Source: an uncultured Verrucomicrobiae bacterium
Lineage (GTDB): Bacteria > Verrucomicrobiota > Verrucomicrobiia > Palsa-1439
DNA: 64,000 nucleotides
Direction of reading: 5' to 3'
Assembly (NCBI GenBank): GCA_963713705.1
Contig: CAVQMY010000054.1
Location: 52,314 to 116,313 of the forward strand
Under the pieces are notes generated by a model, which was not told the DNA's origin, did no database searches, and worked only from the letters and a program-made list of their open reading frames with translations. The first letter of the stretch is position 1; every line of letters begins with the position of its first letter. Of this stretch, positions 38,392 through 46,926 are shown piece after piece. A program made the translations under genes and the position numbers.

Positions 38392-38657
38392 ACCAGCGCC
38401 ACAAGCGAATTCGGGTGGGCTACATTGTTATCAAGACGCTGCGCTTTACGAGCTGGTTTCTGCTGGCATTCGTGCTAACTTATCTGACGACGGGGTATAT
38501 GATGAGCGGCCGGCTCACGCTCGGCGGTTGGGCCGACCCGAAGGCGGCGCTCACGATTCACCGCCTGCTGCACGTGCCGCTGCTGGTGATGTTTGGGCTC
38601 CACGCGCTGGGCGGCATTTACCTCGCGATGCGAAGGAAGCGATGGATCCGGTGGTGA
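38388..38657 (+). CDS. Small two-TM membrane protein (89 aa)
   Basis: ATG 38388 overlaps the upstream stop (ATGA). MNQRHKRIRVGYIVIKTLRFTSWFLLAFVLTYL...HRLLHVPLLVMFGLHALGGIYLAM. Confidence 0.5.
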   Translation: MNQRHKRIRVGYIVIKTLRFTSWFLLAFVLTYLTTGYMMSGRLTLGGWADPKAALTIHRLLHVPLLVMFGLHALGGIYLAMRRKRWIRW

Positions 38658-39976
38658 AACCGACGGGACCGGAGAGAGAGGACGGACTCGACGCCGCGCT
38701 GTTGGACGCGCCGCAGCGACCCATGACGCGTCGGGAAGCGATCCGTTACGGCGCAACCGGGCTGGCGTGTGTCGCTGGTGCCAGCGGGCTGGCGTGGTAT
38801 CTGTTCCGGCAGGCTCGCGAAGAGATCGCCCTCACTGGCGTGTTCCGGGGCGGCGGACCGAGTGACGAGGTTTGGACGCTGTGGCAGCAACGCGGGTGGG
38901 TGAAGGAAGCCGCGCACTATCTCCAGCTCGGGAGCAATGTGCAGTGCAAATTGTGCCCCAACAATTGCATCCTCGCGCCCGGCGACCGGAGCCATTGCCG
39001 AAACAAGGTCAATCGGGGCGGGACGCTGTACACGATGGCCTACGCCAACCCGTGCACATTTCACGTCGATCCCGTTGAGAAAAAGCCGCTGTTCCATTTT
39101 CATCCGGGCACGACGACTTTTTCGCTGGCCGCGTCCGGCTGCGGGTTCCGCTGCCTGAACTGTCAGAACTGGGAGATCTCGCAGAAGCAGCCAGAGGAGA
39201 CCAAGGACCCGACCGGTCCCTCGCTGCGACTGCGTCCGCCGTTGCCCGCATCACTCAGCCTGAATGACCTGCAGCGGCTGACCATGTTGCCGGAAGACGT
39301 CGTGGCGGTGGCGGAAGCGTTGCAGTGTCCATCGATTGCCTACACCTATTCCGAGCCGACGGACTCCTACGAGTACGTGTCTGATACGGCTCACATGACT
39401 CACGCGCACAATCTCAAGAACATCTTCGTCACCTGCGGCTTCATCAACGAGACTCCGCTCCGCGACCTTGCGGCGCACCTCGACGCCGCGCATGTCGACC
39501 TGAAGGGGTTCGATGACGAGGTCTACAAGCGGCTCGACTCCGGCCACCTTCAGCCGATTCTGGATACGCTGGTCACGTTAAAGCAAATGGATGTGTGGTT
39601 CGAGGTCATCAACCTTGTGGTGCCGACGTACACGGACAATCTGGACACGATCAAACGGATGTGTGATTGGCTCGTCAGCAACATCGGGCCGGATCACCCG
39701 CTGCATTTCTCGCGGTTTCACCCGGCGCACAAACTCGAGCACTTGCCGCCGACGCCGGTGGACACGCTGGTGGACGCCCGCGACATCGCGCGCCGGGCGG
39801 GTCTGCGTTATGCGTATGTGGGGAACGTCCGCGGGTTGCCGGATGCCGAGACGACGTTCTGCCCGAATTGCCATCGGGCGATTGTCGAGCGCGACATTTT
39901 CGCCGTCACGCGACTGGACATCGCCGACGGGAAGTGCAAGTTCTGCCAGACCGGGATTGCCGGCGTGTGGGCGTGA
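38642..39976 (+). CDS. AmmeMemoRadiSam system radical SAM enzyme with an N-terminal Tat-like/TM leader
   Basis: ...MTRREAIRYGATGLACVAGASGLAWYLF...; ...CKLCPNNCILAPGDRSHCRNKVN...; radical SAM cluster motif CGFRCLNCQNW. The start overlaps the preceding gene by 16 nt. Confidence 0.85.
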   Translation: MDPVVKPTGPEREDGLDAALLDAPQRPMTRREAIRYGATGLACVAGASGLAWYLFRQAREEIALTGVFRGGGPSDEVWTLWQQRGWVKEAAHYLQLGSNVQCKLCPNNCILAPGDRSHCRNKVNRGGTLYTMAYANPCTFHVDPVEKKPLFHFHPGTTTFSLAASGCGFRCLNCQNWEISQKQPEETKDPTGPSLRLRPPLPASLSLNDLQRLTMLPEDVVAVAEALQCPSIAYTYSEPTDSYEYVSDTAHMTHAHNLKNIFVTCGFINETPLRDLAAHLDAAHVDLKGFDDEVYKRLDSGHLQPILDTLVTLKQMDVWFEVINLVVPTYTDNLDTIKRMCDWLVSNIGPDHPLHFSRFHPAHKLEHLPPTPVDTLVDARDIARRAGLRYAYVGNVRGLPDAETTFCPNCHRAIVERDIFAVTRLDIADGKCKFCQTGIAGVWA

Positions 39977-40234
39977 CGGCGCGCGCGGCGGCCCGCACAT
40001 CGACCATCCCGAACAGCACAACGGCACGGACAGCGTCGTGCCGGTTGACCTCTACATCCCCGGTTTTCCACCGCCAACGCCGGGGAGCGATGATTCTCTC
40101 CATCGTGACGAACCCGATCTTTGGGCGACGGCAAAGGCCCGGAATCTGCTTGTGAACATTGTCAAAGGTGATATTACGAGCGGGCGGGCGGCGGAAGGGG
40201 CGGCAATTGTCGCGGGGCGTAAATCATATGGACC

Positions 40235-42450
40235 ATGTTGGCTAACATTCCAGGAGCGCGAACGCGACGGCTCAGCGTCGTTACGCTGGCCATCGGTGTT
40301 TCCGCTGGTCTGTTGTTCCCGCGGACGGCATCCGCCCAGACAAACGATGCGAGCGCCTCGGCCATGTCGACCTCGGAGGTGGTTCGCCTGCCCGAGGTGG
40401 TGGTGATCGGGCGCGCGAGCAACCTCGTGGGCGTGGCCGAATCCGCGTCGCAAGGCACGACCGGCGCGGCGCAACTGGCCGACCGCCCGATTCTGCGCAG
40501 CGGCGAAATTCTGGAAACCGTTCCCGGCGTCATCATCACGCAGCACGCCGGCGGCGGGAAGGCGAACCAGTATTTTCTGCGCGGCTTCAATCTGGATCAC
40601 GGCACGGACTTCGCGGTGTTCCTCGACGACATGCCGCTCAACCTGCCGTCGCACGCGCATGGCGAGGGTTACTCGGACATGAACACGGTCATCCCGGAAT
40701 TTGTGCAGCGGGTGGATTACGAGAAAGGCCCTTATTACGCGGACGTGGGCAATTACGGTTCGGCGGGATCGGCGCATCTGGTTTTTTACAAGACGCTGCC
40801 GCAGGATTTCGTCACGGTCGAAGGCGGCATGTATGGCTACGAGCGCGGCGTGTTCGGCGTTTCGCAAAAACTGGGCACGGGCAATTTGCTTTACGGCGGC
40901 GAAGCGTATCACGACGACGGCCCGTGGGTGCATCCGGATGATTACTCCAAATTCAACGGCCTTTTGACCTACAGCCAGGGTGATGACGCCAACGGCTTCA
41001 GCGTCACGGCGCGCGGCTATCACGGCAAATGGAATTCGAGCGATCAAATTGCCGAAAGCGCCGTGCCTGACGGTTGGCTTCTTCGGCGCGATCAATCCGA
41101 CCGACGGCGGCAATTCGCAGCGTTACAGCCTGCAAGGCCGAATGGCATCGTGACGGACGGCAATTCCGAGACCAAAATCACGGCCTACGGATTTTATTAC
41201 GACCTCGATTTGTTTTCCGACTTCACTTACTTCCTGACGGACCCGAATCACGGCGACCAGTTCGAGCAGCAGGACCGGCGCTGGGTGGCCGGCCTGGACG
41301 CGCGCCACACGCATTTTCAGCCAGTGGTTTGGCCGCGACGTGGAAAACACATTCGGCCTGCAAGTCCGCAACGACTGGATCAACAACGGCCTTTACCAGA
41401 CGGAAGACCGCGTGCGCGTGGACAAATTGGATCCGACCACGGCGGCACCATTCTGCCCGCCGACCACGGAAGCGGATGATTTTACGGACACGCAAGTCGG
41501 TATTTATGCTGGAAAACAAAATCCAATGGGCGGAAAAATTCCGCTCCGTCGCGGCCTTGCGCGGCGACCTGGATTATTTTGATGTCACCAGCCTGACCAC
41601 CCCGGCCAATTCCGGCACCGCCTTCACGCTTCTGCCCAGCCCGAAGTTGAGTTTGATTTTCGGCCCGTGGGCCAAGACGGAATTCTATGTGCAGGGCGGA
41701 TTTGATTTTCACAGCAACGACGGGCGCGGCGCGACGCAGACCGTGGAGCCGGTCTCGGCGGACAATCCCAATCCCGGCACGCCGATCGCGAGAATTCCCG
41801 GCCTGATCCAAACCAAAGGCGCGGAAATCGGCGTGCGCACGCTGATCGTGCCGCAATCTGCAAAGCACCTTTTCGCTGTGGTATCTGCACAGCGATTCCG
41901 AACTGCAGCAGGATGGCGACACCGGCGGCACCGTGGCTTCAAAACAGCCGAGCGACCGCTACGGCGTCGAATGGGCGAATTACTACACGCTGACCAAGCA
42001 TCTGGCGTTTGACTTTGACTGCGGCGGATTCCATCGCCCGTTTCACTTCGGCTGGATGCCAGCGATGACGCCGCGCCCGGCAGTCCGGGCGGCACAGCAC
42101 GTGCCCGAAGCGGTCGGGCTGGTGATTTCATCGGGCATCACGCTGCATGATCTTGCACGGCTTTTCGGCGAGCCTGCGGCTGCGCTATTTTGGCCCGCGC
42201 GATTTGACCTCGGACGGGATGTATCAATCCAGCGAAACGATTTTGCTCAATGCGGAAGCCGGCTACCAAATCAACAAGACCTGGCGCATTTCCGCCGAAT
42301 TCTTGAACCTGCTTGACCGCCGCGACCACGACATTGATTACGCCTACACATGTCGCCTGACGCCGACAGCCCCGGCCTCGGGCGTTTACGGATGTTTTCC
42401 ATCCCGTCGAACCGTTTCAAGTGCGCGTCGGCCTGACGGCGCAATTCTGA
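40235..42450 (+). pseudogene. TonB-dependent outer-membrane receptor, fragmented by at least six frame changes
   Basis: The plug region is intact (...VVVIGRASNLVG...DRPILRSGEILETVPGVIITQH...FLRGFNLDHGTDFA...). The barrel is scattered over all three frames, e.g. GFFGAINPTDGGNSQRYSLQG / EWHRD / GNSETKITAYGFYYDLD within 41070-41170. The canonical terminus ...HPVEPFQVRVGLTAQF* ends at 42450. Confidence 0.8.
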
Positions 42451-42671
42451 TCGTTGGCGAGAGAGAGCCAAACTGCGCGGACGGCGCAACGGGTAAGGGC
42501 GAGAAGACGGGGGGCACGCGGCCTACAACACCCGGAACGGCTGGATACGACCGTCAGGCCCGGTTCCCGGCCATATATATGGATGCGACGGGGGGTGGCT
42601 AGAGGGAGGGAACCACGCCAAACACTAAAACCACCAAAAGAAGCCACTGTTTTGGGAATAATATACTTGCC

Positions 42672-43544
42672 TTACCTTGTTGAATGTGCGAACGTGTAGC
42701 CATGAAAGCGCAATCCGATTTTCCTGAGACTTTGAGAGAAGCGATTCAGTATTTCGCTGATGCTGATCGCTCGTTGCAATTCATGGCGAATGTCCATTGG
42801 CCTGACGGTAAAACGAGTTGTCCCGCTTGTCAATCGGTGAAGGTCACATTCATGCGTAGTTGCAAGCGGTGGAAATGCCGGGACTGCAAGGGGCAGTTCT
42901 CGGTGAAGGCGGGCACGATATTCGAGGAAAGTCCCCTTGGGTTCGACAAGTGGTTGCCCGCGCTGTGGATGATCGTCAACGCCAAGAATGGCATCAGTTC
43001 CTATGAGCTTGGGCGGTCGCTGGGCGTCACGCAAAAGACCGCTTGGTTCATGCTGCATCGGATTCGGTACGCGCTGCAACGCGGCTCGTTGTGCAAGTTT
43101 GCCGGTAACGTGGAAGTCGATGAGACTTTCATCGGCGGGAAGCGCCATCTTGCCCCTTGAAAGCAGCGTGTCCGTATCGTAGGCATTGACCTTTGTGACG
43201 TGGTAGATGTTCGTCTTGGCCAATTCGGTTTCAAGTTGCGTCTGGAATTGATCGAAATGGAATTTTACGACATGATGGCGCTCCGCGCCTAGAAGTTCAT
43301 CGGGCGCATAATTGCCCGTTGACACCAAAAAATGTTTCAGGTATTGCGCCGCCTCATGGCAATCGACAAGGGGAATCTCGGGGTGGTCTAACAACCAATT
43401 CAACCATACGTATGCAAAACCGCAATCAGTGCGGAAATCATTCCAGCCTTGCACGTCCCCATACTTTGTTTCGGGAGTGAAACGCGCGAAAATTCTCGTA
43501 GCGCCGCCAAGACGGTATAGCCAAATTGGGTTAATGCGCTTCAT
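42672..43544 (-). CDS. Hypothetical opposite-strand ORF inside the IS1595-like element. Only the first ~130 aa (43150-43544) look native; the rest is antisense to the transposase fragment.
   Basis: MKRINPIWLYRLGGATRIFARFTPETKYGDVQGWNDFRTDCGFAYVWLNWLLDHPEIPLVDCHEAAQYLKHF... I recognise no family. Confidence 0.3.
   Translation of the reverse strand: MKRINPIWLYRLGGATRIFARFTPETKYGDVQGWNDFRTDCGFAYVWLNWLLDHPEIPLVDCHEAAQYLKHFLVSTGNYAPDELLGAERHHVVKFHFDQFQTQLETELAKTNIYHVTKVNAYDTDTLLSRGKMALPADESLIDFHVTGKLAQRAALQRVPNPMQHEPSGLLRDAQRPPKLIGTDAILGVDDHPQRGQPLVEPKGTFLEYRARLHRELPLAVPAFPPLATTHECDLHRLTSGTTRFTVRPMDIRHELQRAISISEILNRFSQSLRKIGLRFHGYTFAHSTR
42684..43160 (+). pseudogene. IS1595/ISXO2-like transposase, N-terminal zinc-ribbon/HTH part only
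   Basis: ...HWPDGKTSCPACQSVKVTFMRSCKRWKCRDCKGQFSVKAGTIFEESPLGFDKWLPALWMIV...YELGRSLGVTQKTAWFMLHRIR...VEVDETFIGGK. It stops immediately afterwards. No DDE domain is present in any plus-strand frame downstream. Confidence 0.7.
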
Positions 43545-43861
43545 GTCCGTTCCGGGAATAGAGTACCAAAACCACGTGGGAAATGGTATGGCCACGCAAA
43601 GGACCAAAGACCAGCCATCTAAGACTGCCGAATCGCAAGACCTATCCAATCATGCAAATACACAGGCGGCTGAAACCCGCTGTCAGGTAGCGCAAGTATA
43701 TTATCCCCACTGTTTTGAGGTGCTAGCACTTTTTGATCTGGTTGACTAACAGGTGGTTGTGATGCGAAGTGTGCCATTTTGTCGCATGGCTTCGTTTGTG
43801 GGGGGGCCGGGGCTCTTCCGGTTACGAAGAGACGGTCGAAACGGCGTGTTTCTGTGACTTA

Positions 43862-45397
43862 TCAGGGGTTGCGCGGTGATCCGGTGGACGCGGCGTTGGC
43901 TGTGGCGGCGGGTCCGATTTCGAGGATGCGCCACTCGGCCCAGTCGAGCGGTTCGTCGCCGAGGTAGGTATGGACGCAGGTGAGGACGCGTTGGGGATCA
44001 CCCAGCGCTTTCAGGGGGATGCGGAGGTCCAATTCCCGTTCGTGGCGGTGGAATTGGACGGTGTTTTCGGGCAGCTTGCGCGTCTGATCGAGGACATCGT
44101 GCTTGAGTTCGCCGATGTTGACGCGGAGTTTGGGCATCTGGTCGAAGGGCCAGTTGTCGCGATAGCCGAAGGCAAAGATGGAGGCCGAGACGGCTTCCGC
44201 CAGGGGTTTGGACAGGCGGACGGTGACGACGAGATCGTCCGCTTCGCGCCAGGTGTGGACCTGTTCGATGCCGACGAAGCTGGCCCGTTCTTGCTCGGTC
44301 AATTGCTGCTCCTGGAGTTGCGGGGAGCGCTGGAGTCGGCCTGCGGAAAGCTGTTTTTCTGCGGGAACGGTGGGCACGACGACGGGCGGGAAATCGCCAA
44401 ACAATTCGTTGGCTCGGACGAAGGAAAACAGGTATTTCCCGCTCGACTCCACCTGGCTGCGATGCGCCCGTAACGCCTGTTCCTTCACCTGAATCTGCTG
44501 TTCGGACAACGGCACGATTCCCCAGTCGATCAGAGTCCCGGTCCCCAGCGACGCGGGAGGCAGGATGGGCCGCGCCGGCAGCAAGCCTCGCGGCAGGGGC
44601 CAGTGTGCGAAATGGACAAGGTACGGATAGACTTCGGGATGGATCCGGCTTTCGAGGTCCCACAACGCCACGCGGGTGAAGAGGTACATGGCCTGGTGGT
44701 CGACGTTGTGGTCGGAGGGATGCGAGACGAAGACCTTGGTTGGTTTGAACTCCTGCAGGTTCGCCTCGAGGTCGTGGAGGATGTCCTCGCCTTTGTAGGG
44801 CGCGCCGGGGCGATAGGCGTCAGCGTAGGGCACCTTGGTGACCTTGGTGAGCATGCCCTCGAAGGGCGGGCGGGCGGCCCAGTCCCGGTACCAGATGGTC
44901 AGGGTGCCGAAATCCGGGTAGCCGAGGAAGACGAGTTGATGCGAGTCCACGCCGAGGATTTTGGCGGCAGCCACGGCCTCTTGGTGACGGACTTCGCCCA
45001 TGAGTCGAACGGCTTCCGGCATGACGACGATATGCTTGCGATACAGGAAGAACGACCATTCGTTGTTATCGCCATAGGTGAGCCAGACGATGCGGACGGG
45101 GACCTTCAGGGCCAGGGCTTGCTGGATGATGCCGCCGCAGCCGATTGACTCGTCGTCCGGGTGTGGCGCGAAAATGATGATGCGATCGTCTGGGGTGAGC
45201 GTGGGACAGGATGGCAACGACATGGTGACCGACGACTGGTCCTGGGTCGTTGCGCCCGCCACGCCCGTCGTCCAGCACAGCGCGATGAGAGCTATTCGTA
45301 AGACCTTGGAACGAAATGGTAAACAGCGATAATTCAATTGATCCCAGCCTTCAGCACCACGGGGGAAACTTCGTTTCACCCCTTCCCTTTGTCGCAC
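43862..45397 (-). CDS. Secreted PIG-L/LmbE-family deacetylase with a ~250-aa uncharacterised C-terminal domain
   Basis: ...RIIIFAPHPDDESIGCGGIIQQA... (PIG-L motif) plus conserved His/Asp positions further on (...VSHPSDHNVDHQA...). An N-terminal hydrophobic leader is present. Confidence 0.75.
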   Translation of the reverse strand: MRQREGVKRSFPRGAEGWDQLNYRCLPFRSKVLRIALIALCWTTGVAGATTQDQSSVTMSLPSCPTLTPDDRIIIFAPHPDDESIGCGGIIQQALALKVPVRIVWLTYGDNNEWSFFLYRKHIVVMPEAVRLMGEVRHQEAVAAAKILGVDSHQLVFLGYPDFGTLTIWYRDWAARPPFEGMLTKVTKVPYADAYRPGAPYKGEDILHDLEANLQEFKPTKVFVSHPSDHNVDHQAMYLFTRVALWDLESRIHPEVYPYLVHFAHWPLPRGLLPARPILPPASLGTGTLIDWGIVPLSEQQIQVKEQALRAHRSQVESSGKYLFSFVRANELFGDFPPVVVPTVPAEKQLSAGRLQRSPQLQEQQLTEQERASFVGIEQVHTWREADDLVVTVRLSKPLAEAVSASIFAFGYRDNWPFDQMPKLRVNIGELKHDVLDQTRKLPENTVQFHRHERELDLRIPLKALGDPQRVLTCVHTYLGDEPLDWAEWRILEIGPAATANAASTGSPRNP

Positions 45398-45648
45398 GGC
45401 GGATGATGTGTCAATATCATTTCGACTGGTGACTGGTGAAGCGGTGAGGAAGGCGGGAAGTTTCTCACCACGAAGTCACGAAGCACACGAAGGCGGAGCG
45501 CGGCGAGGGGGAGATCAACGGCGTTGTTGAAGACCGGATGAGCCTCATGCCCAGGGGCGAGAAGACGGAGTTTCGGGTTCTGGCAGGATTGGGGTGGCCA
45601 GGCGTGCGGGGATGGGGGGGCGAAGATGTGGGAATCGACAGGGTTACG

Positions 45649-46023
45649 TCATGCGAACGATCCGGTGTGTGTTTGATGGATCATTTGCCAGATGACGTCG
45701 CGCTCGCCGCTCACAATCAACTCCCACGGCTCACGATTACCGAAGCCCGGATTGCGTGTATGCAGCCATTGCCCAAGTTCGTCGGGTGGAATGATCTCCT
45801 GTAGCGCGTGAACCAGTCGCACGGCTTCTGTCACTTGAGGCCGGATTGGCGCTGGAAGCGTCGATTGTTTTTCGTAGGTCGCCAAAGTCCGCTCGGAAAA
45901 ATTCACCAGCCGGGCGAACGTCGCGCGGTTGATTCCGAGCAAACGCCGCCATTTATAAAGGGCCGTGCCGCTTTCCCGGGCGTGCCTCCACGTCACGGTC
46001 TTCGTTTTGGCAGCGGTGCTCAT
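45649..46023 (-). CDS. Xre/MbcA/ParS-type antitoxin (HTH plus DUF2384 toxin-binding domain)
   Basis: From ATG 46023: MSTAAKTKTV...LLGINRATFARLVNFSERTLATYE... and the C-terminus ...WLHTRNPGFGNREPWELIVSGERDVIWQMIHQTHTGSFA. Confidence 0.75.
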   Translation of the reverse strand: MSTAAKTKTVTWRHARESGTALYKWRRLLGINRATFARLVNFSERTLATYEKQSTLPAPIRPQVTEAVRLVHALQEIIPPDELGQWLHTRNPGFGNREPWELIVSGERDVIWQMIHQTHTGSFA

Positions 46024-46086
46024 GCTGATAAACAATACATGCGGCGGCGGTGAATGCAAGAGAAATCCTGCAATTTTGCAGGATCG

Positions 46087-46677
46087 CTATTTGGGCCATT
46101 CCGGTGGTGTCTTCACGCGGAAGTTGCTGCCCGCTAGAAGGTTGTCAGGGTAGACCAGCACGTTCGTCCCATTTGGGTGGGCCGCACTGGGCACGATGAC
46201 CGCCTCGAAGCCCGCTTGGGCAAACGTGAGCCCCCATGCCTGGGTGATCGCCTCCGCGCTGCCCTGGTTATCACGCCGCCAGTCGCCGCGACGGATCGTG
46301 CGCTCTGACAGCTTCAGGGCTTTCTGCACCGCGCCCGTGCGCAGGTCGAGCACCCGGCTGGCTTTCAGATCCACCGCCACCAGCACCCCCGGCAGTGCTG
46401 TGCTCTCCGGCAGATTATAGTAACGAACATGCGCCAGCGCCTCTGCCAAAGCCGTCTCGATCTCCAGCGACGTGTAGCTGAGATTCGTGGCCCCGGCAAG
46501 GTTCCACCGGCCGTCGGCTTTCAATGCCCCGACTCCATTCAGAATGTCTTCGGCCTTCGAGAATTGCGGATTGATGAACCGGAAAAGCTCTGACACCAAG
46601 GTTGTGTCGAACTTGGTGCCAAGCGCTTTGAGTCGCGCTGCCAACACGGGACGGGCGGGGTGAGGCGCAGGTCTCAT
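46087..46677 (-). CDS. RES-domain toxin (NAD+-targeting family)
   Basis: R-E-S signature: ...ADGRWNLAG..., ...SLEIETALAEALAH..., ...AVIVPSAAHPNGTNVLVYP... Confidence 0.8.
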   Translation of the reverse strand: MRPAPHPARPVLAARLKALGTKFDTTLVSELFRFINPQFSKAEDILNGVGALKADGRWNLAGATNLSYTSLEIETALAEALAHVRYYNLPESTALPGVLVAVDLKASRVLDLRTGAVQKALKLSERTIRRGDWRRDNQGSAEAITQAWGLTFAQAGFEAVIVPSAAHPNGTNVLVYPDNLLAGSNFRVKTPPEWPK

Positions 46678-46883
46678 CGGGTGGACAGTTCTCCGGCAAA
46701 CGCCCGCTGCAAATTGCTCGCCACCAGCGCAGACAACTCTTCCGCCGCACTCAAGCGCCTCTCCACTTCCGCCACACTGCGCTTTTGCTCAACGCAATCG
46801 CCGCAGAACGGGCTGTGGTCGCGGAGGATATCACAGGAGCTCCAGAGCTTCTGGACAAGTCGTTGGGAGTGAGTCGCCATCAC
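46674..46883 (-). pseudogene. Possible remnant of a type I R-M specificity subunit (HsdS C-terminal conserved helix) or a small orphan ORF
   Basis: ...EQKRSVAEVERRLSAAEELSALVASNLQRAFAGEL resembles the conserved HsdS C-terminal coiled-coil (..ILxxAFxGEL). It is only 69 aa. Its stop overlaps the RES start (ATGA). Confidence 0.3.
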
Positions 46884-46926
46884 GCTACACTTGTCTGAAA
46901 TCGTCTCAATGAGACACCATACGAAC

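Larger units (their letters stand above)
42654..43708 (+). mobile_element. IS1595-family-derived element (1055 bp) with intact ends and target duplication but a non-transposase interior
   Basis: The ends GGGAATAATATACTTGC (42654-42670) and GCAAGTATATTATCCCC (43692-43708) match 16/17 as an inverted repeat. They are flanked by the 8-bp direct repeat ACTGTTTT (42646-42653 and 43709-43716). The region is visibly less GC-rich than its surroundings. Confidence 0.7.

Noticed and set aside
39977-40234. Cobalamin or other riboswitch upstream of the TonB-dependent receptor
   Set aside because: No B12-box-like element or other recognisable riboswitch core was seen, only a short GGCACG...CGTGCC hairpin. 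This cannot be supported without a covariance-model search.
42672-43649. 325-aa minus-strand ORF as one genuine protein
   Set aside because: Its C-terminal ~160 aa are simply antisense to the IS1595 transposase fragment, and its first ~35 aa precede a better internal start. At most the 43150-43544 part may be native.
45440-45480. CACGAAG-type short tandem motif (TCACCACGAAGTCACGAAGCACACGAAGG) as a repeat family
   Set aside because: Only one occurrence is present in the window, so it cannot be evaluated here. It may be a genome-wide REP-like element, but that needs the full genome.
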